From contig CAKUWP010000001.1 of assembly GCA_934699525.1 (NCBI GenBank), positions 132,384 through 196,383 of the forward strand: 64,000 nucleotides of DNA, given 5' to 3'. This stretch comes from an uncultured Bacilli bacterium. Lineage in GTDB: Bacteria; Bacillota_I; Bacilli_A; RFN20; CAG-826. Below are positions 47,390 to 58,034 of the stretch, piece by piece. Each line of letters starts with the position of its first letter. Position 1 is the stretch's first letter. The position numbers and the translations under genes are program-made. The notes beneath the pieces are model-generated. The model was not told the DNA's origin. It saw only the letters and a list, made by a program, of their open reading frames with translations, and searched no databases.

Positions 47390-49615
47390 CTATTCTTTGT
47401 CGATTTGATTGAGTTCCGCTTGGAAAGCTTTTCGAATGGGGTCGGGGAGATCGACTTTAGCAAAGCCGAGCAATTTGGAAACAGGGATGGGGGATTCCCA
47501 ACTAAACCGGCTGGATTCCGTTAAAGGGGAAAGATAACGAAGAAAGACTTCTTTAGCCGCTGCATTAGCCCCAATATCCACAATGGCATCTTCCAAGGTG
47601 AACCCCTTTTTCCGTAATGGCTTTTCTAATCCCGTCACAGATTTTACGTCGATATGCTCAAACCAGTTCGCTGCCTTCCCCCCCGTATCTTTCTTTTTGG
47701 GCAAGGAATAGGAAGGGTCTTTTCGTTCTACGCGATTTAGCAAAAACGAATCCACGTACCCTTCGGATTTGGCCGTAATTTCATTCTTCCCCCATCGGAG
47801 TTTAACCCCTTCAAAGACAAAGAACTTTCCCTCGTTATATTGACGTTCCACTAATTTGCCGTTTACAAAGAGGGAAACGCTAGGGCAATTGGAAATCACT
47901 TGAATAGTTGTTTCGGGCGTAGCGCGATTTTCGTATCGCTTTCCGCAGATGTGCACGAACTTCTCTTGGGTCCAAGAAGCCTTATAAAGGTAAAAGGCGT
48001 CTTTTTTGATTTTACGGTCGATGCTTACCAAGCCTTTTTGGTTAATACCTCTTCTTCCGCCTTCATAACGAGAGGCGCTACCGAAATCGAACATCGTCCA
48101 AACAAAAGACCCGCTGATTCCCGTTCTCTGTTTTAATGTCTTCAAAGCATTCAAGCAAAAGAGAACTTGGTATTCTTCCGAATAGTCCCCAAGACGGGGA
48201 GTGTCGCTATGGAAACGAGGATTCGTGTCCACGCCATATTCTGTAAGCAAAATCATTTTGGAAGGGTTCACTGAGCGGATGGCGTCGAGTCGAAACCCCA
48301 GATCCTCCATTTTCCCATAGTACCAACCATAATAAAGATTGAAACCGAGGATGTCGGTGGAATGAAGGATTTCACAGTCATCTTCCGTCGTATATTCATT
48401 GGCTTGAGCTGTCATTCTCGACGGGTCCAGTTGCTTTGCCTTCGCCGCCAAACGCTTAACCAAATCAAAGGAATAAGCATTTTTGCTCACCATGCAAACC
48501 TCGTTTTGAACCCCATAGCAAAATACGGATACGTGGTTTCGCACTTGGGAAATCAAAGCCTCAAGATGCTCGAAAGCGTTTTGGTCCGCCTCCGGGGTAG
48601 GTATCACCGCAGAAATCACGGGGATTTCGGCATAAACCAGTAAACCGGCTTCATCGCAAAGGGAATAGAATTCATCCGCATGTTGATAATGGGATAGCCT
48701 TACCGCGTTCGCCCCCATTTCTTGAATCAAGGCAAGGTCGGTTTTCATTTCCATCATCCCAATCGCATTGCCCTTGCCCCCATAGTCTTGATGGCGGGCC
48801 ACCCCTTTTATCGGGTAGGGCTTACCATTAAGCATAAAGCCATGGTCTTCGTCGTAAACCATGGTCCGAAACCCCGTTTTCAGGGTTCTTCGATCCAAAA
48901 CTCGGCCTTGCCTATCGATTAAGGAAATCTCCACTTCGTACAGGAAGGGATCGTTGACCCCATTCCACCGATGAACGAACGGAATATTCACTTCCGTCTC
49001 CAAGCGGCCCTTCTTTTCAACGTGAGAATACTCTCCCCGCTTTTCTTGGCCCTGGATTTTTAGAGAAAGAGCCAAGTCTTTTTCTTCTAACGTTGCAACG
49101 TTGGCGATGACTTTGAGTTTTCCGTTTTGGCCAGAAATGGAAGGGAAGAGCAGGATGCCATCTCGCGATCCATCCAATTCATCAAAATGGGTGGTGCCCT
49201 GAAGAATTAGATTCACAGGACGATAGATTCCCCCATAAAAAGAGAAATCTGCCATCGAAGGATAGATGTTTTTATTGGGGGCGTTGCTCACTTGAATTTC
49301 AATATGGTTTTCCCCGTTTTTTAAAAAAGAGGTCACTTCATATCGTTTTAAGGCAAAGCCAATGTGGCTTTCGCCTACTTTGTTTCCGTTGAGAAATACA
49401 TCAAAGCATTGACTCGCTGCACCGATTTCTAAATACGCAGCCTCGCATGGCTCTTCCAAGACAAATGTTTTACGATAAGAAACCTTGCCACGGAACATCA
49501 TTTCTTTTTCGCCTTGACCATCCTCCGCGTTAAAGGAATGAGGCAAAGTAATGTTTTCCTCTTTTCCTTCCTTAAAAAGGGTCCAGTTGTCATGCAAAGA
49601 AATGACTTTTCTCAT
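47390..49615 (-). CDS. Glycoside hydrolase family 2 (beta-galactosidase/beta-mannosidase/beta-glucuronidase type, 741 aa)
   Basis: GH2 signature NAVRLSHYQHADEFYSLCDEAGLLVYAEIP; N-terminal sugar-binding domain. Confidence 0.85.
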   Translation of the reverse strand: MRKVISLHDNWTLFKEGKEENITLPHSFNAEDGQGEKEMMFRGKVSYRKTFVLEEPCEAAYLEIGAASQCFDVFLNGNKVGESHIGFALKRYEVTSFLKNGENHIEIQVSNAPNKNIYPSMADFSFYGGIYRPVNLILQGTTHFDELDGSRDGILLFPSISGQNGKLKVIANVATLEEKDLALSLKIQGQEKRGEYSHVEKKGRLETEVNIPFVHRWNGVNDPFLYEVEISLIDRQGRVLDRRTLKTGFRTMVYDEDHGFMLNGKPYPIKGVARHQDYGGKGNAIGMMEMKTDLALIQEMGANAVRLSHYQHADEFYSLCDEAGLLVYAEIPVISAVIPTPEADQNAFEHLEALISQVRNHVSVFCYGVQNEVCMVSKNAYSFDLVKRLAAKAKQLDPSRMTAQANEYTTEDDCEILHSTDILGFNLYYGWYYGKMEDLGFRLDAIRSVNPSKMILLTEYGVDTNPRFHSDTPRLGDYSEEYQVLFCLNALKTLKQRTGISGSFVWTMFDFGSASRYEGGRRGINQKGLVSIDRKIKKDAFYLYKASWTQEKFVHICGKRYENRATPETTIQVISNCPSVSLFVNGKLVERQYNEGKFFVFEGVKLRWGKNEITAKSEGYVDSFLLNRVERKDPSYSLPKKKDTGGKAANWFEHIDVKSVTGLEKPLRKKGFTLEDAIVDIGANAAAKEVFLRYLSPLTESSRFSWESPIPVSKLLGFAKVDLPDPIRKAFQAELNQIDKE

Positions 49616-49653
49616 GGATAAAACCTATAGGACTAAACTTTTCGATTCAAAGT

Positions 49654-50301
49654 TCAGCGGAAATGCTTCAATAAATCGGAGAATTTCTCTAGGCGAATGT
49701 CCGCTTTTTCATAACGAGTGGCATCTCCGATGGCCACGCCAAGCATCCCTCCATTTTTCGCCCCATCGATGCCAGCATAAGCATCTTCAACGACCGCGCA
49801 TTCTTCCGGATGGAGGTTCAAAAATTCGGCTGCCTTCAGAAAGACTTCCGGATTCGGCTTAGATTTCGTGATGTTATTTCCATCGCTGATCGCGTCAAAA
49901 GCATCGGTGAGCTGAACTTGATTCAAAATGAATTTCGCGTTTTTCGAGCTTGATCCGACCGCCAAACGATAGCCTCTCCGACGGAGTTCGGCCAAAGTGG
50001 CTCTCGTTTCTGGGCCAACATCAGCAGGCGTCATGGTCGAAAGCAAGCCGCGATAGAATTCATTTTTCTCCGCGGCGATTTCTTCTTTTTGTTCCAGGGA
50101 TAGAGGGGTGCCGTGATAATTCTCCAAAATGATTTCTAACGAAGCCATCCGTGAAACGCCACGAAGGCGATTATTGATTTTCTCGTCAAAATAGATGCCC
50201 CGTTCATCGGCAATCTTCTTCCATCCCAAATAATGGAATCGGTCCGTAAAAACGAGAACCCCATCTAAATCAAAGATAATACCTTTCGTAACCATCGTCA
50301 T
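49654..50301 (-). CDS. Beta-phosphoglucomutase-like HAD-family phosphatase/mutase
   Basis: IIFDLDGVLVFTD, SKPNPEVF and EDAYAGIDGAKNGGM motifs. Confidence 0.75.
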   Translation of the reverse strand: MTMVTKGIIFDLDGVLVFTDRFHYLGWKKIADERGIYFDEKINNRLRGVSRMASLEIILENYHGTPLSLEQKEEIAAEKNEFYRGLLSTMTPADVGPETRATLAELRRRGYRLAVGSSSKNAKFILNQVQLTDAFDAISDGNNITKSKPNPEVFLKAAEFLNLHPEECAVVEDAYAGIDGAKNGGMLGVAIGDATRYEKADIRLEKFSDLLKHFR

Positions 50302-51911
50302 TTTTCTCCTTTTTTCTGCAGTTCAAGGCAATGAAAGATCAAAGCGCCAAAAGGCATCCCTTGTTCAATCAATGCTTTCACGTTATCTTCTTCCCCTTGC
50401 GGGCAAAGCGGCTTGAGTTTGGACCACATCATCTTCTTGGTAAACCGCGAATCAATATCAAAAGGCACCACATCAGCGGTTTGCTGCAAATATTTTAGCA
50501 ATTGATCCTTTTTCTTCTGAATTTCCTCGTGGTATACGGGGTTATGAATTTCGTTGCATAACTCCTTCGGGTCCTTTTCTAAATCGTAGAATTCGTCCTG
50601 GGTGTGGGAACGGGACACGTATTTGTAACGATGATCGCGAAGCATGATGCCCTTGTCGTGAAGGGCGTCGTCTTTTTCCGCGAGCATCTTGGGGTAATAG
50701 TCGTTATGGGGATCCGGGCCGTTTTTGCCGCTTTGATGGTATTCATCGGCTTGAATTTCCCCCGGTTCTCTTCCGCCTTCACAAAGCACGAAATCGCGGT
50801 TTTCTTTCTTTCGGTCTCCTAAAATCGGCGTTAAATCCTTTCCAAAGTGAGTATGGGAGGACGAAATGCCGGCGAAGCGTAAGGCCGTCGCGTAGAAGTC
50901 GGTTAATTCCACCAAAGAGGAGGAGACCCCTTGGTCCAATTCATATCCCTTGGGGGGCTTCACCAAAAAGGGGACGCGGGTCAAAACGTCTTCAAACGTA
51001 TTTTGGTCCTTTTCTACCAAGTCGTAATCCCCCGTGAAATCACCATGATCGGAAAAGAAGAAAATGGCTGAGTCCTCATAAATTCCAGCCTTTTTAAGGG
51101 CGGTTACCAGTTTCCCAAATTGATGATCGACTTTGCTTACCATCCCTAAATAGGTGGCGCGCAATTCATCCCAATCTTTCTCTTCGTATTGTTCCGTGTG
51201 GGAATAATCTCGAATGGCCGAAAGAATCGGGGCCTTGCCTTTAGCGTCTTTTGAAGAAATGCGAGGAGGTAACGCTTTCCGGTCAATGGAGGAGAAATAG
51301 GGTTCTTCTACTTCATAGGGAACATGGGGGTAAAATAAGCCAAGAAAAATGGCGATAGGACGATCATCGATCGGGTGCAAAAGACGGTCAATAGCGGCAT
51401 CGATGGCCTCGTCGTCCGAAGTATAATTCTCCCCCTGTTCATCTAAGCCTAGTTCGCCATGGAAATGGGAATAACGATTTTTGGAATTCTCGCTTTTATC
51501 GACGGGATGGATGGGGCCAGGAGCCCGACGCGTTCCTTCGTAATAATGAATTTCATCCGCGTGGGATTCACTCCAACCGTCGATTTGTCCGGCGGTTAAA
51601 TCGTTGCGGTCATTCATCCAAACGTAATAGCCGCTTTCCTTCAATTCTTTTAAGAGGCTATCTTCGCCAGGACGAAGAAGATAGGTCATCGTGCGATGCC
51701 CGTGGACATGGGGGTAAAGGCCCGTCATAAACGAGCAACGAGAGGGGACGCAAACGGGATTTTGACAAAAGGCGTTGGAAAAAGAGACCGCATCGTTTTC
51801 GGCAAAATCGTCCAAGTTCGGCGTTTTGGCGGCAGGGTTGCCAAGATGCGACATGGAATCCGCGCGCATCTCGTCGGGATTAACAATAATGATGTAAGGT
51901 CTTTTTGCCAT
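50298..51911 (-). CDS. Sulfatase (formylglycine-dependent arylsulfatase family), cytoplasmic
   Basis: Start refined to MAKRPYIII (AGGAG 7 nt upstream). Signature C-V-P-S-R-C-S-F-M-T-G; no signal peptide. Confidence 0.85.
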   Translation of the reverse strand: MAKRPYIIIVNPDEMRADSMSHLGNPAAKTPNLDDFAENDAVSFSNAFCQNPVCVPSRCSFMTGLYPHVHGHRTMTYLLRPGEDSLLKELKESGYYVWMNDRNDLTAGQIDGWSESHADEIHYYEGTRRAPGPIHPVDKSENSKNRYSHFHGELGLDEQGENYTSDDEAIDAAIDRLLHPIDDRPIAIFLGLFYPHVPYEVEEPYFSSIDRKALPPRISSKDAKGKAPILSAIRDYSHTEQYEEKDWDELRATYLGMVSKVDHQFGKLVTALKKAGIYEDSAIFFFSDHGDFTGDYDLVEKDQNTFEDVLTRVPFLVKPPKGYELDQGVSSSLVELTDFYATALRFAGISSSHTHFGKDLTPILGDRKKENRDFVLCEGGREPGEIQADEYHQSGKNGPDPHNDYYPKMLAEKDDALHDKGIMLRDHRYKYVSRSHTQDEFYDLEKDPKELCNEIHNPVYHEEIQKKKDQLLKYLQQTADVVPFDIDSRFTKKMMWSKLKPLCPQGEEDNVKALIEQGMPFGALIFHCLELQKKGEK

Positions 51912-51924
51912 ATTCATCTCCTGA

Positions 51925-53673
51925 TTAAAGGTAATTTTTGCCGCAGAGCGGATCGATAGGCGAAACGCCATGGAAGGAGCTTCTTCCCATGATTTTGTCG
52001 ACGACCGCATCGCAGAAACGAGGATCGGAAGAATAGACGTTGATATACGTTTTCATCATCGGAGCATCGAAAAGATGATAGGGGTCCCCCGTAGAAATCA
52101 TGATGGCGGGAATTTCTTCTACAAACCACGGGGCGTCGTCGCCTAACCCAAATACCACATTCCAATTCAAGCGAAGCGTGGTGTTATTCGATGCGTTTTG
52201 CATGTTGCAGATATAAACATATAAATCGTAGGAGGCTTTGGCTTGTTCAACTGGACGATAAAGTTCTCCCATCAATGCCTTTTTCTCCGACGACAATTCC
52301 TTCGCGTCGAAGTCGCTGGGTTCAATCGTGGTTCTTCGGTCACGCAAAATCACTTCAAATCCCTCGTCTTCGAATCTCTTTTTCCACGATTGGGCAAAAG
52401 CATCGTCCGGAGAAGAACTCTTTTGAATGACGTTTAAATAAACTCGTTTGTATTTTTTCGGACTAAGGGGGAAGATGTTTTGCTCATCGCGAACCAAAGT
52501 CACGGAGCGATCCGCGACTTCTTCCGCCCATTTTTTAAAGAGTTCCGTCCCCACTTCTTTTAGGGCTTCTTCTCCTGGAACTAACGTCCCTTCTTTTTGT
52601 TTTTCCGGCAATCCTAGCATCGCTTTGGTTGCCAGAATTCGCGTGACGGCCTCATCGATTCTTTTCTCGGAAACGATGCCGTTTTTCACTCCTTCCACAA
52701 GATATCGATGGTCTTCGTCCAAGTCCTTGTTGAAAAGGAACATGTCACACCCTGCTTCGATAGAAGTAGGCACAGCAAGGTGGCGAGGCATCGCCGATAA
52801 ATAGCCAATCATGGCCGTGGAATCGGTGGAGATTAGGCCATTAAAGCCTAGTTTATCTCGTAATAGCCCTGTAAGAATGGCCTTGGATAACGTGGCAGGC
52901 ATCAAGCGATCCTTCCGAGAACTTTGCGGGTCATATTCCTTCACCCATTCGGGGAAAGCGATATGGCCGACCATCACGGTTTCCGCTCCTTCATCAATCA
53001 AGGTTTGGTAGACCTTGCCATAGGTTTCCATATAACGTTCTACGGTTAAGGAGTTCACGCTGGTCACCAAATGCTGATCGCGTTCGTCCACCCCGTCTCC
53101 AGGGAAGTGCTTGATGGTAACGGCAACATGGTTTTCTTTCGCCCCGCGAAGATATCCACTGGCCATTGAGATAACACGTTCTACCGAGGAACCAAAGGTC
53201 CGGGTATTGGTAATGGGGTTATGGAATTCGTTATCGATATCAACGATAGGAGCAAAGGACCAATTAAGCCCCAAAGCTGCTCCTTCTTTGCATGCGACAA
53301 AGCCCATGCGATACCCATTTTCAGGGTCATCGGTCGCCGCAACAGCCATCGGGGAGCCAAAACAAGTCCCCTCTTGAGCAAGGCCATTGCCCCCCGCTTC
53401 CGTATTCGCGGCAATCAGCAAAGGAATCTTTGTCATATTTTGGATGGTGCGATGGGTCGCCTGCACTTCTTTGGCGAGACCCGGACGATACATGATTCCC
53501 CCGATTCCTATATCGTTAATAAGATGGGATAAATAATAGGGGTTATCCGTTAATCCAATGGGGCAAAAAATCTGACCGCATTTTTGTTCAAGGGTCATCT
53601 TCTTAAGAGTTTCCTCTACCCAGGCGATTTGATCGTCATTCAAGTAGAAGGGTTTTGCTTTTAAATCAATCAT
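51925..53673 (-). CDS. GH3-family glycosidase (NagZ/beta-hexosaminidase-like, 582 aa)
   Basis: KHFPGDG motif and GH3 N-terminal domain pattern; no signal peptide. Confidence 0.75.
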   Translation of the reverse strand: MIDLKAKPFYLNDDQIAWVEETLKKMTLEQKCGQIFCPIGLTDNPYYLSHLINDIGIGGIMYRPGLAKEVQATHRTIQNMTKIPLLIAANTEAGGNGLAQEGTCFGSPMAVAATDDPENGYRMGFVACKEGAALGLNWSFAPIVDIDNEFHNPITNTRTFGSSVERVISMASGYLRGAKENHVAVTIKHFPGDGVDERDQHLVTSVNSLTVERYMETYGKVYQTLIDEGAETVMVGHIAFPEWVKEYDPQSSRKDRLMPATLSKAILTGLLRDKLGFNGLISTDSTAMIGYLSAMPRHLAVPTSIEAGCDMFLFNKDLDEDHRYLVEGVKNGIVSEKRIDEAVTRILATKAMLGLPEKQKEGTLVPGEEALKEVGTELFKKWAEEVADRSVTLVRDEQNIFPLSPKKYKRVYLNVIQKSSSPDDAFAQSWKKRFEDEGFEVILRDRRTTIEPSDFDAKELSSEKKALMGELYRPVEQAKASYDLYVYICNMQNASNNTTLRLNWNVVFGLGDDAPWFVEEIPAIMISTGDPYHLFDAPMMKTYINVYSSDPRFCDAVVDKIMGRSSFHGVSPIDPLCGKNYL

Positions 53674-53692
53674 GGGGTCGCTCCTTTTCTCT

Positions 53693-55255
53693 TTACCGAA
53701 TCAATTCAACGAAAACAACGTCGTTCACTTCTAGTTCTACCTCGAAGCAGATTTCCTTTTCGTTTTCTTGCAAAGGTAGACATTTTCTATCTACACGGCT
53801 TCTTTCTTTCACGAAGGCTATTTCCTCTTTGGTTAATTCTGCCTTATTCCATTTCAAATATTCCTTGTAGGGATTTCCAGAATCTTCGGAGATGGAAGAC
53901 ATCCACGCTTTTTGAAAGCCGGACAAAGGAATGGAGACATCCAGTCTTTCTTTTCCTAAATCCAAATTTTTCATATTTTGACGGGTGAAAAGAAGTTGGA
54001 CATCGCCGCGCTTATTTTGGAAGGCGGCGATGGTGATATCGCCTGCTTGATCTGGAATATCGAAGCGTTCCTCGCCAACGGAAGAAAGGAATTTCAGCGC
54101 ATAATAACTCGGCTTGGGGATGCCATGGTGAGAGAGCAAGCCGAACCCACCGTGAAATTCTTCGTGGAACATATGGAGTTCCTCGAAAAGATCGGAAAAG
54201 CACCAAAGGCTGCTTCCATCAATGACCCCCTCTGTTTTCAGGGCCGTCATCACGATAAAAGCGGCCACTTTTTTAGTGTCGTTGGTAGCCGCGCTGAAGG
54301 TCGCGTTCTCATTCCATTCCGTATAGTAAAGAGGGGGATCGCCCACCAAAGATTTCGCGGCTTTTGCATTCACAACAATCGTGTCATTCCTCAAGGAATC
54401 TCGTTCACTTTTATCCACGAAAATTCTTCGTAATCCCGAGAGGATGCTTCCGCTAGGAACATCCGATAAAACCGTGGGATTCGAAAAAGGATTCCCCCCT
54501 TCTTTATTGGTAGGATCGCCACCAGCCATTTGACCGATTGGATCTCCCGCATACTGATGTGTGGAAATAAAATCGCAAGGAACGTCATGCTCGCGGATAA
54601 AGGAAAGGAATTCCGGAATCCAATTGCTTCCGGCCGTTGCTGGCCCGCCAACCTTCAATTTGGGGTGAACGCTTTTAATCGCGCGGCTCGTAATTTCATA
54701 GAGGTGGAAATAATCTTCTTGGCTTCCACCGAAAAACACGATGAGATTCGGCTCATTCCAAACTTCGAAGTTCCAAGATAGCACTTCTTTTTCGCCATAT
54801 CGGTCTAGCAAAAAACGGAGGAAGGAACGGATGAATTCCATCCATTGCTCATCGTCTTTTGGCATGGACGAAGAACCGGGATAGCCATAATAGAAAAGCG
54901 TTCGATGGTTGGAGTTTTTGGCGAGATGAGACGGCATAAACCCCAATTCGACAAAAGGTTTCATGCCCGCTTCCAAAACATTGTCGTAGACCTCACCAAT
55001 CCGCTCAAAGCTAATATCGGTGAATCGCTCTGCCCCAGGGAGAGGAAAGATATCCTGTAAGCTGCGAACGACATTCATATCATCGTTAAAAATGCCATGA
55101 AAGCGAACCTGGTTGATTCCCAAAGTATCATGAATAAAACGGAGCTGCTCTACTGCGTCTTTTCGTAATAATAACGGTGCATGCCCCGACCCTACCCCAA
55201 ACAGAAAATGCTTAGAAAAAGTGTGGTGCGATGAAAGTTCCAAATGAATTTTCAT
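53693..55255 (-). CDS. GH39-family glycosidase (beta-xylosidase-like)
   Basis: N-terminal region similar to XynB-type GH39 (RFHGIFNDD); WNEPNL acid/base motif. Confidence 0.65.
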   Translation of the reverse strand: MKIHLELSSHHTFSKHFLFGVGSGHAPLLLRKDAVEQLRFIHDTLGINQVRFHGIFNDDMNVVRSLQDIFPLPGAERFTDISFERIGEVYDNVLEAGMKPFVELGFMPSHLAKNSNHRTLFYYGYPGSSSMPKDDEQWMEFIRSFLRFLLDRYGEKEVLSWNFEVWNEPNLIVFFGGSQEDYFHLYEITSRAIKSVHPKLKVGGPATAGSNWIPEFLSFIREHDVPCDFISTHQYAGDPIGQMAGGDPTNKEGGNPFSNPTVLSDVPSGSILSGLRRIFVDKSERDSLRNDTIVVNAKAAKSLVGDPPLYYTEWNENATFSAATNDTKKVAAFIVMTALKTEGVIDGSSLWCFSDLFEELHMFHEEFHGGFGLLSHHGIPKPSYYALKFLSSVGEERFDIPDQAGDITIAAFQNKRGDVQLLFTRQNMKNLDLGKERLDVSIPLSGFQKAWMSSISEDSGNPYKEYLKWNKAELTKEEIAFVKERSRVDRKCLPLQENEKEICFEVELEVNDVVFVELIR

Positions 55256-57934
55256 TTATGCTTCCACCTTTCGCAATTCTTCATCCAGCTCTTTAGCCTG
55301 TTCTAACCGAACCGGCAAATAACCCATCTGGGTCAATACAAAGGGGGATAAGATTTTGAAATCTTCGTTTCCCGAGGCAATACCGAGGAAAAGAGGTTGC
55401 TTCGAACAAGCTTCCACGGCTTTGGGGTTCGACAAAATGTCGATAAAGGAAGAAAACATTGTGAAGGGATGGTTCATATCCTTCGTCAAAGAATAGGAGA
55501 ACGCATGATTCCCTTCTCCAATATCGACTTCTTGGTCGTTTTCTTTATAGGGGAGAATAACATGGGCGTTGCAACCGTGGGGGATTGATACATGCAGGAC
55601 CAAGGTATTGTCCTTTTGAATTTGATAATCCACATGGAAGGTTCCCCGTACGGACTCATAGTCCATGCTGACTTGCTTGAGACGGTAATTCAAGACTGGG
55701 GCGATCAACACTTTTTGATAGGCGTTACCCCAATTACGAAGCCCCGCGATACGGGTATAAATCGCCTCGCAAACCGAACCATAAGCATAATGGTTCAGCG
55801 AATTCATCGAGGTTCCCGAAATCGTTCCGTCTTCCAAAACGCTGTTCCAACGTTCCCAAATGGTGGTCGCCCCATGCAAAACAGCAAACATCCATCCAGG
55901 ACATTCTGGAGAGAAAAGCATGCGGTAGGCATCTTCTTCCATGCCGTGATCCATCATAGTTTGCAAAGCTAGAGGCGTCCCAACAAACCCCGATTTCATC
56001 CGGAAAGAATCCTCGGCTAAACGTGCCTTAAAGCATTCGGTGATTTTGGTTTTATCCTCCACCAAATCAAAATGAAGGGCAAGGATATAGGAGGTTTGGG
56101 TGTCTAAAGCCAATCGGCCATTGGGAGAAACATACTCCGCAGCAATCGCCTTCTTCACTTCTTGAGCAAGGTGGCCGTATTTTTGAGCGTCTTCTTCTTT
56201 CCCTAGGATTTTCGCAGCCTTAGAAACCAAAGAAAGGGAATAAGAATAATAAATGCTCGAGATATAGGTATCGTCGGTACCGCCTTTTAAAGACTGAGAA
56301 GTCATTCCATCCATGGCCAGCCAATCTCCAAAGGTGAAGATATTGGATACCAGGTGGGAATCATGAAGAACTTCGTGGTCGTTACGGATAAGGGCTTCCA
56401 CATAATCCTTCATCAAAGGATATTCTTCTTCTAGTTGTTCCTTGTCTCCATATTCCTCGTAAACGCATAAAGGGATAATCGTTCCGGCATCCGCCCATAC
56501 GGCACCACCTTCTCTAGCGCTCCCTTCCAAGGAAGGAGAATAAGCAGGAAGCAATCCTTTATAGAAACGGGTCTGGTCGGCACGAAGATCTTGGAGAAAT
56601 TTCTTATAGAAGAGCTTCGCGTTCATGTTCATGCAGGCGGTTTTGGCGAAAACCTGCGAATCCCCCGTCCAGCCAAGGCGTTCATCCCGTTGTGGGCAAT
56701 CCGTAGGAACATCCAAGAAATTCCCTTTTTGACCCCAGTATGCGTTATGAACCAACTGGTTCAATTCTTGGGAACTCGAAGAAAACGAAAGCGTGTTTTC
56801 TAAATCGGAATGAAGAACGACCCCCGTGAAATCCTCTGGACGCACTTCTTTCATACCTTCGACTTTGACGTAACGGAAACCATAGAAGGTAAAGAAGGCA
56901 TCCACCACGGTTTCTTTCCCCGAAGCGGTATACCAAAGTTCGGCTTTGGCGGAGCGGAGATTATCGCGGTAAAAATTACCGTTTTGCAGGATTTCCCCGT
57001 ACTGCAAATGGATTTTGGTTCCTTTTTCTTCTTTGCAGATAAAGCGGGCAAACCCCACCATGTTTTGGCCAAAATCGAGAACGGTTTCCCCTGCGGGAGT
57101 TTTAACGAGAATTGGTTTCAATAATTCGTGTTCGGTAACCGGAGGATTAAACTGAGGAACGAGGTGGAACGAAATATCGGCAAGACGGACTCCGCAAGAA
57201 GGGAGATCCTTTCGATTCGCGTCGCGGATTTCGCCATCATAAATCGTAGAGAAGGTGAATTCGGAGGGACGTGCTTTCCAGTTTTCACCCGTTTTGATGA
57301 CCTCTTTGGTGCCGTCTTCATGAATCAAAACAAGTTTGGCGGACAGCAAATACGAAGAACCATAGATATTTCCAGGATGGTTATCAAAACCCATTCTGCC
57401 TTTGTACATTCCATCCCCTAGATACACTTCGATTTGGTTTTGCTCTTTTAATAAAGGAAGGACATCATAAGTTTGATAACGGAGATAAGAATGATAATCG
57501 TTAAGCCCCGGGGTCAAATAATCGTTGCCGATTTTTTTTCCATTCAGGAAGGCACGGTAAAAGCCTAAGCCCGTGATATAGAGAAACGCCGAATGGATAT
57601 TAGAAGTTTTAAATTCGGTGAACATCACCGGATGGGTAATGTCTTCTTTCGGCGTAATAAAGGGGGCATCGAGTTCTTCTGCAATGGAAAAGGAAGCAAG
57701 CTCGCTATCGTCGATTTGCCAAAAATAACGAACCCCTGTCTGAAAAGGATAGTCCACCCCAAAGCCGATGGCCTCGTCTAAGCAAACTTCTTTTTCGCAT
57801 AAAACCGTCTTCTTCTCTTTGTTATAAAGCTTGAAGAGAAAAATTTGACCTTGATCAGCAACAAAGGAGAAACGAACCTTCTTCTCGATTCCGAGAGGGT
57901 TGATTCTGGAATTGGTTCTTAATTTCGTAATCAC
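55256..57934 (-). CDS. GH78 alpha-L-rhamnosidase (892 aa)
   Basis: Signature VPTDCPQRDERLGWTGD; multi-domain length typical of bacterial rhamnosidases. Confidence 0.9.
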   Translation of the reverse strand: MITKLRTNSRINPLGIEKKVRFSFVADQGQIFLFKLYNKEKKTVLCEKEVCLDEAIGFGVDYPFQTGVRYFWQIDDSELASFSIAEELDAPFITPKEDITHPVMFTEFKTSNIHSAFLYITGLGFYRAFLNGKKIGNDYLTPGLNDYHSYLRYQTYDVLPLLKEQNQIEVYLGDGMYKGRMGFDNHPGNIYGSSYLLSAKLVLIHEDGTKEVIKTGENWKARPSEFTFSTIYDGEIRDANRKDLPSCGVRLADISFHLVPQFNPPVTEHELLKPILVKTPAGETVLDFGQNMVGFARFICKEEKGTKIHLQYGEILQNGNFYRDNLRSAKAELWYTASGKETVVDAFFTFYGFRYVKVEGMKEVRPEDFTGVVLHSDLENTLSFSSSSQELNQLVHNAYWGQKGNFLDVPTDCPQRDERLGWTGDSQVFAKTACMNMNAKLFYKKFLQDLRADQTRFYKGLLPAYSPSLEGSAREGGAVWADAGTIIPLCVYEEYGDKEQLEEEYPLMKDYVEALIRNDHEVLHDSHLVSNIFTFGDWLAMDGMTSQSLKGGTDDTYISSIYYSYSLSLVSKAAKILGKEEDAQKYGHLAQEVKKAIAAEYVSPNGRLALDTQTSYILALHFDLVEDKTKITECFKARLAEDSFRMKSGFVGTPLALQTMMDHGMEEDAYRMLFSPECPGWMFAVLHGATTIWERWNSVLEDGTISGTSMNSLNHYAYGSVCEAIYTRIAGLRNWGNAYQKVLIAPVLNYRLKQVSMDYESVRGTFHVDYQIQKDNTLVLHVSIPHGCNAHVILPYKENDQEVDIGEGNHAFSYSLTKDMNHPFTMFSSFIDILSNPKAVEACSKQPLFLGIASGNEDFKILSPFVLTQMGYLPVRLEQAKELDEELRKVEA

Positions 57935-58034
57935 GGTTTTTCTCCTTTTTTGTCGTTGATGTTAGAAAAGGGGCGCGAACGTTTGGAATTTGAGATAACG
58001 CCGCAACCCCTTCATTTCATGGTTTCCTTTGGAA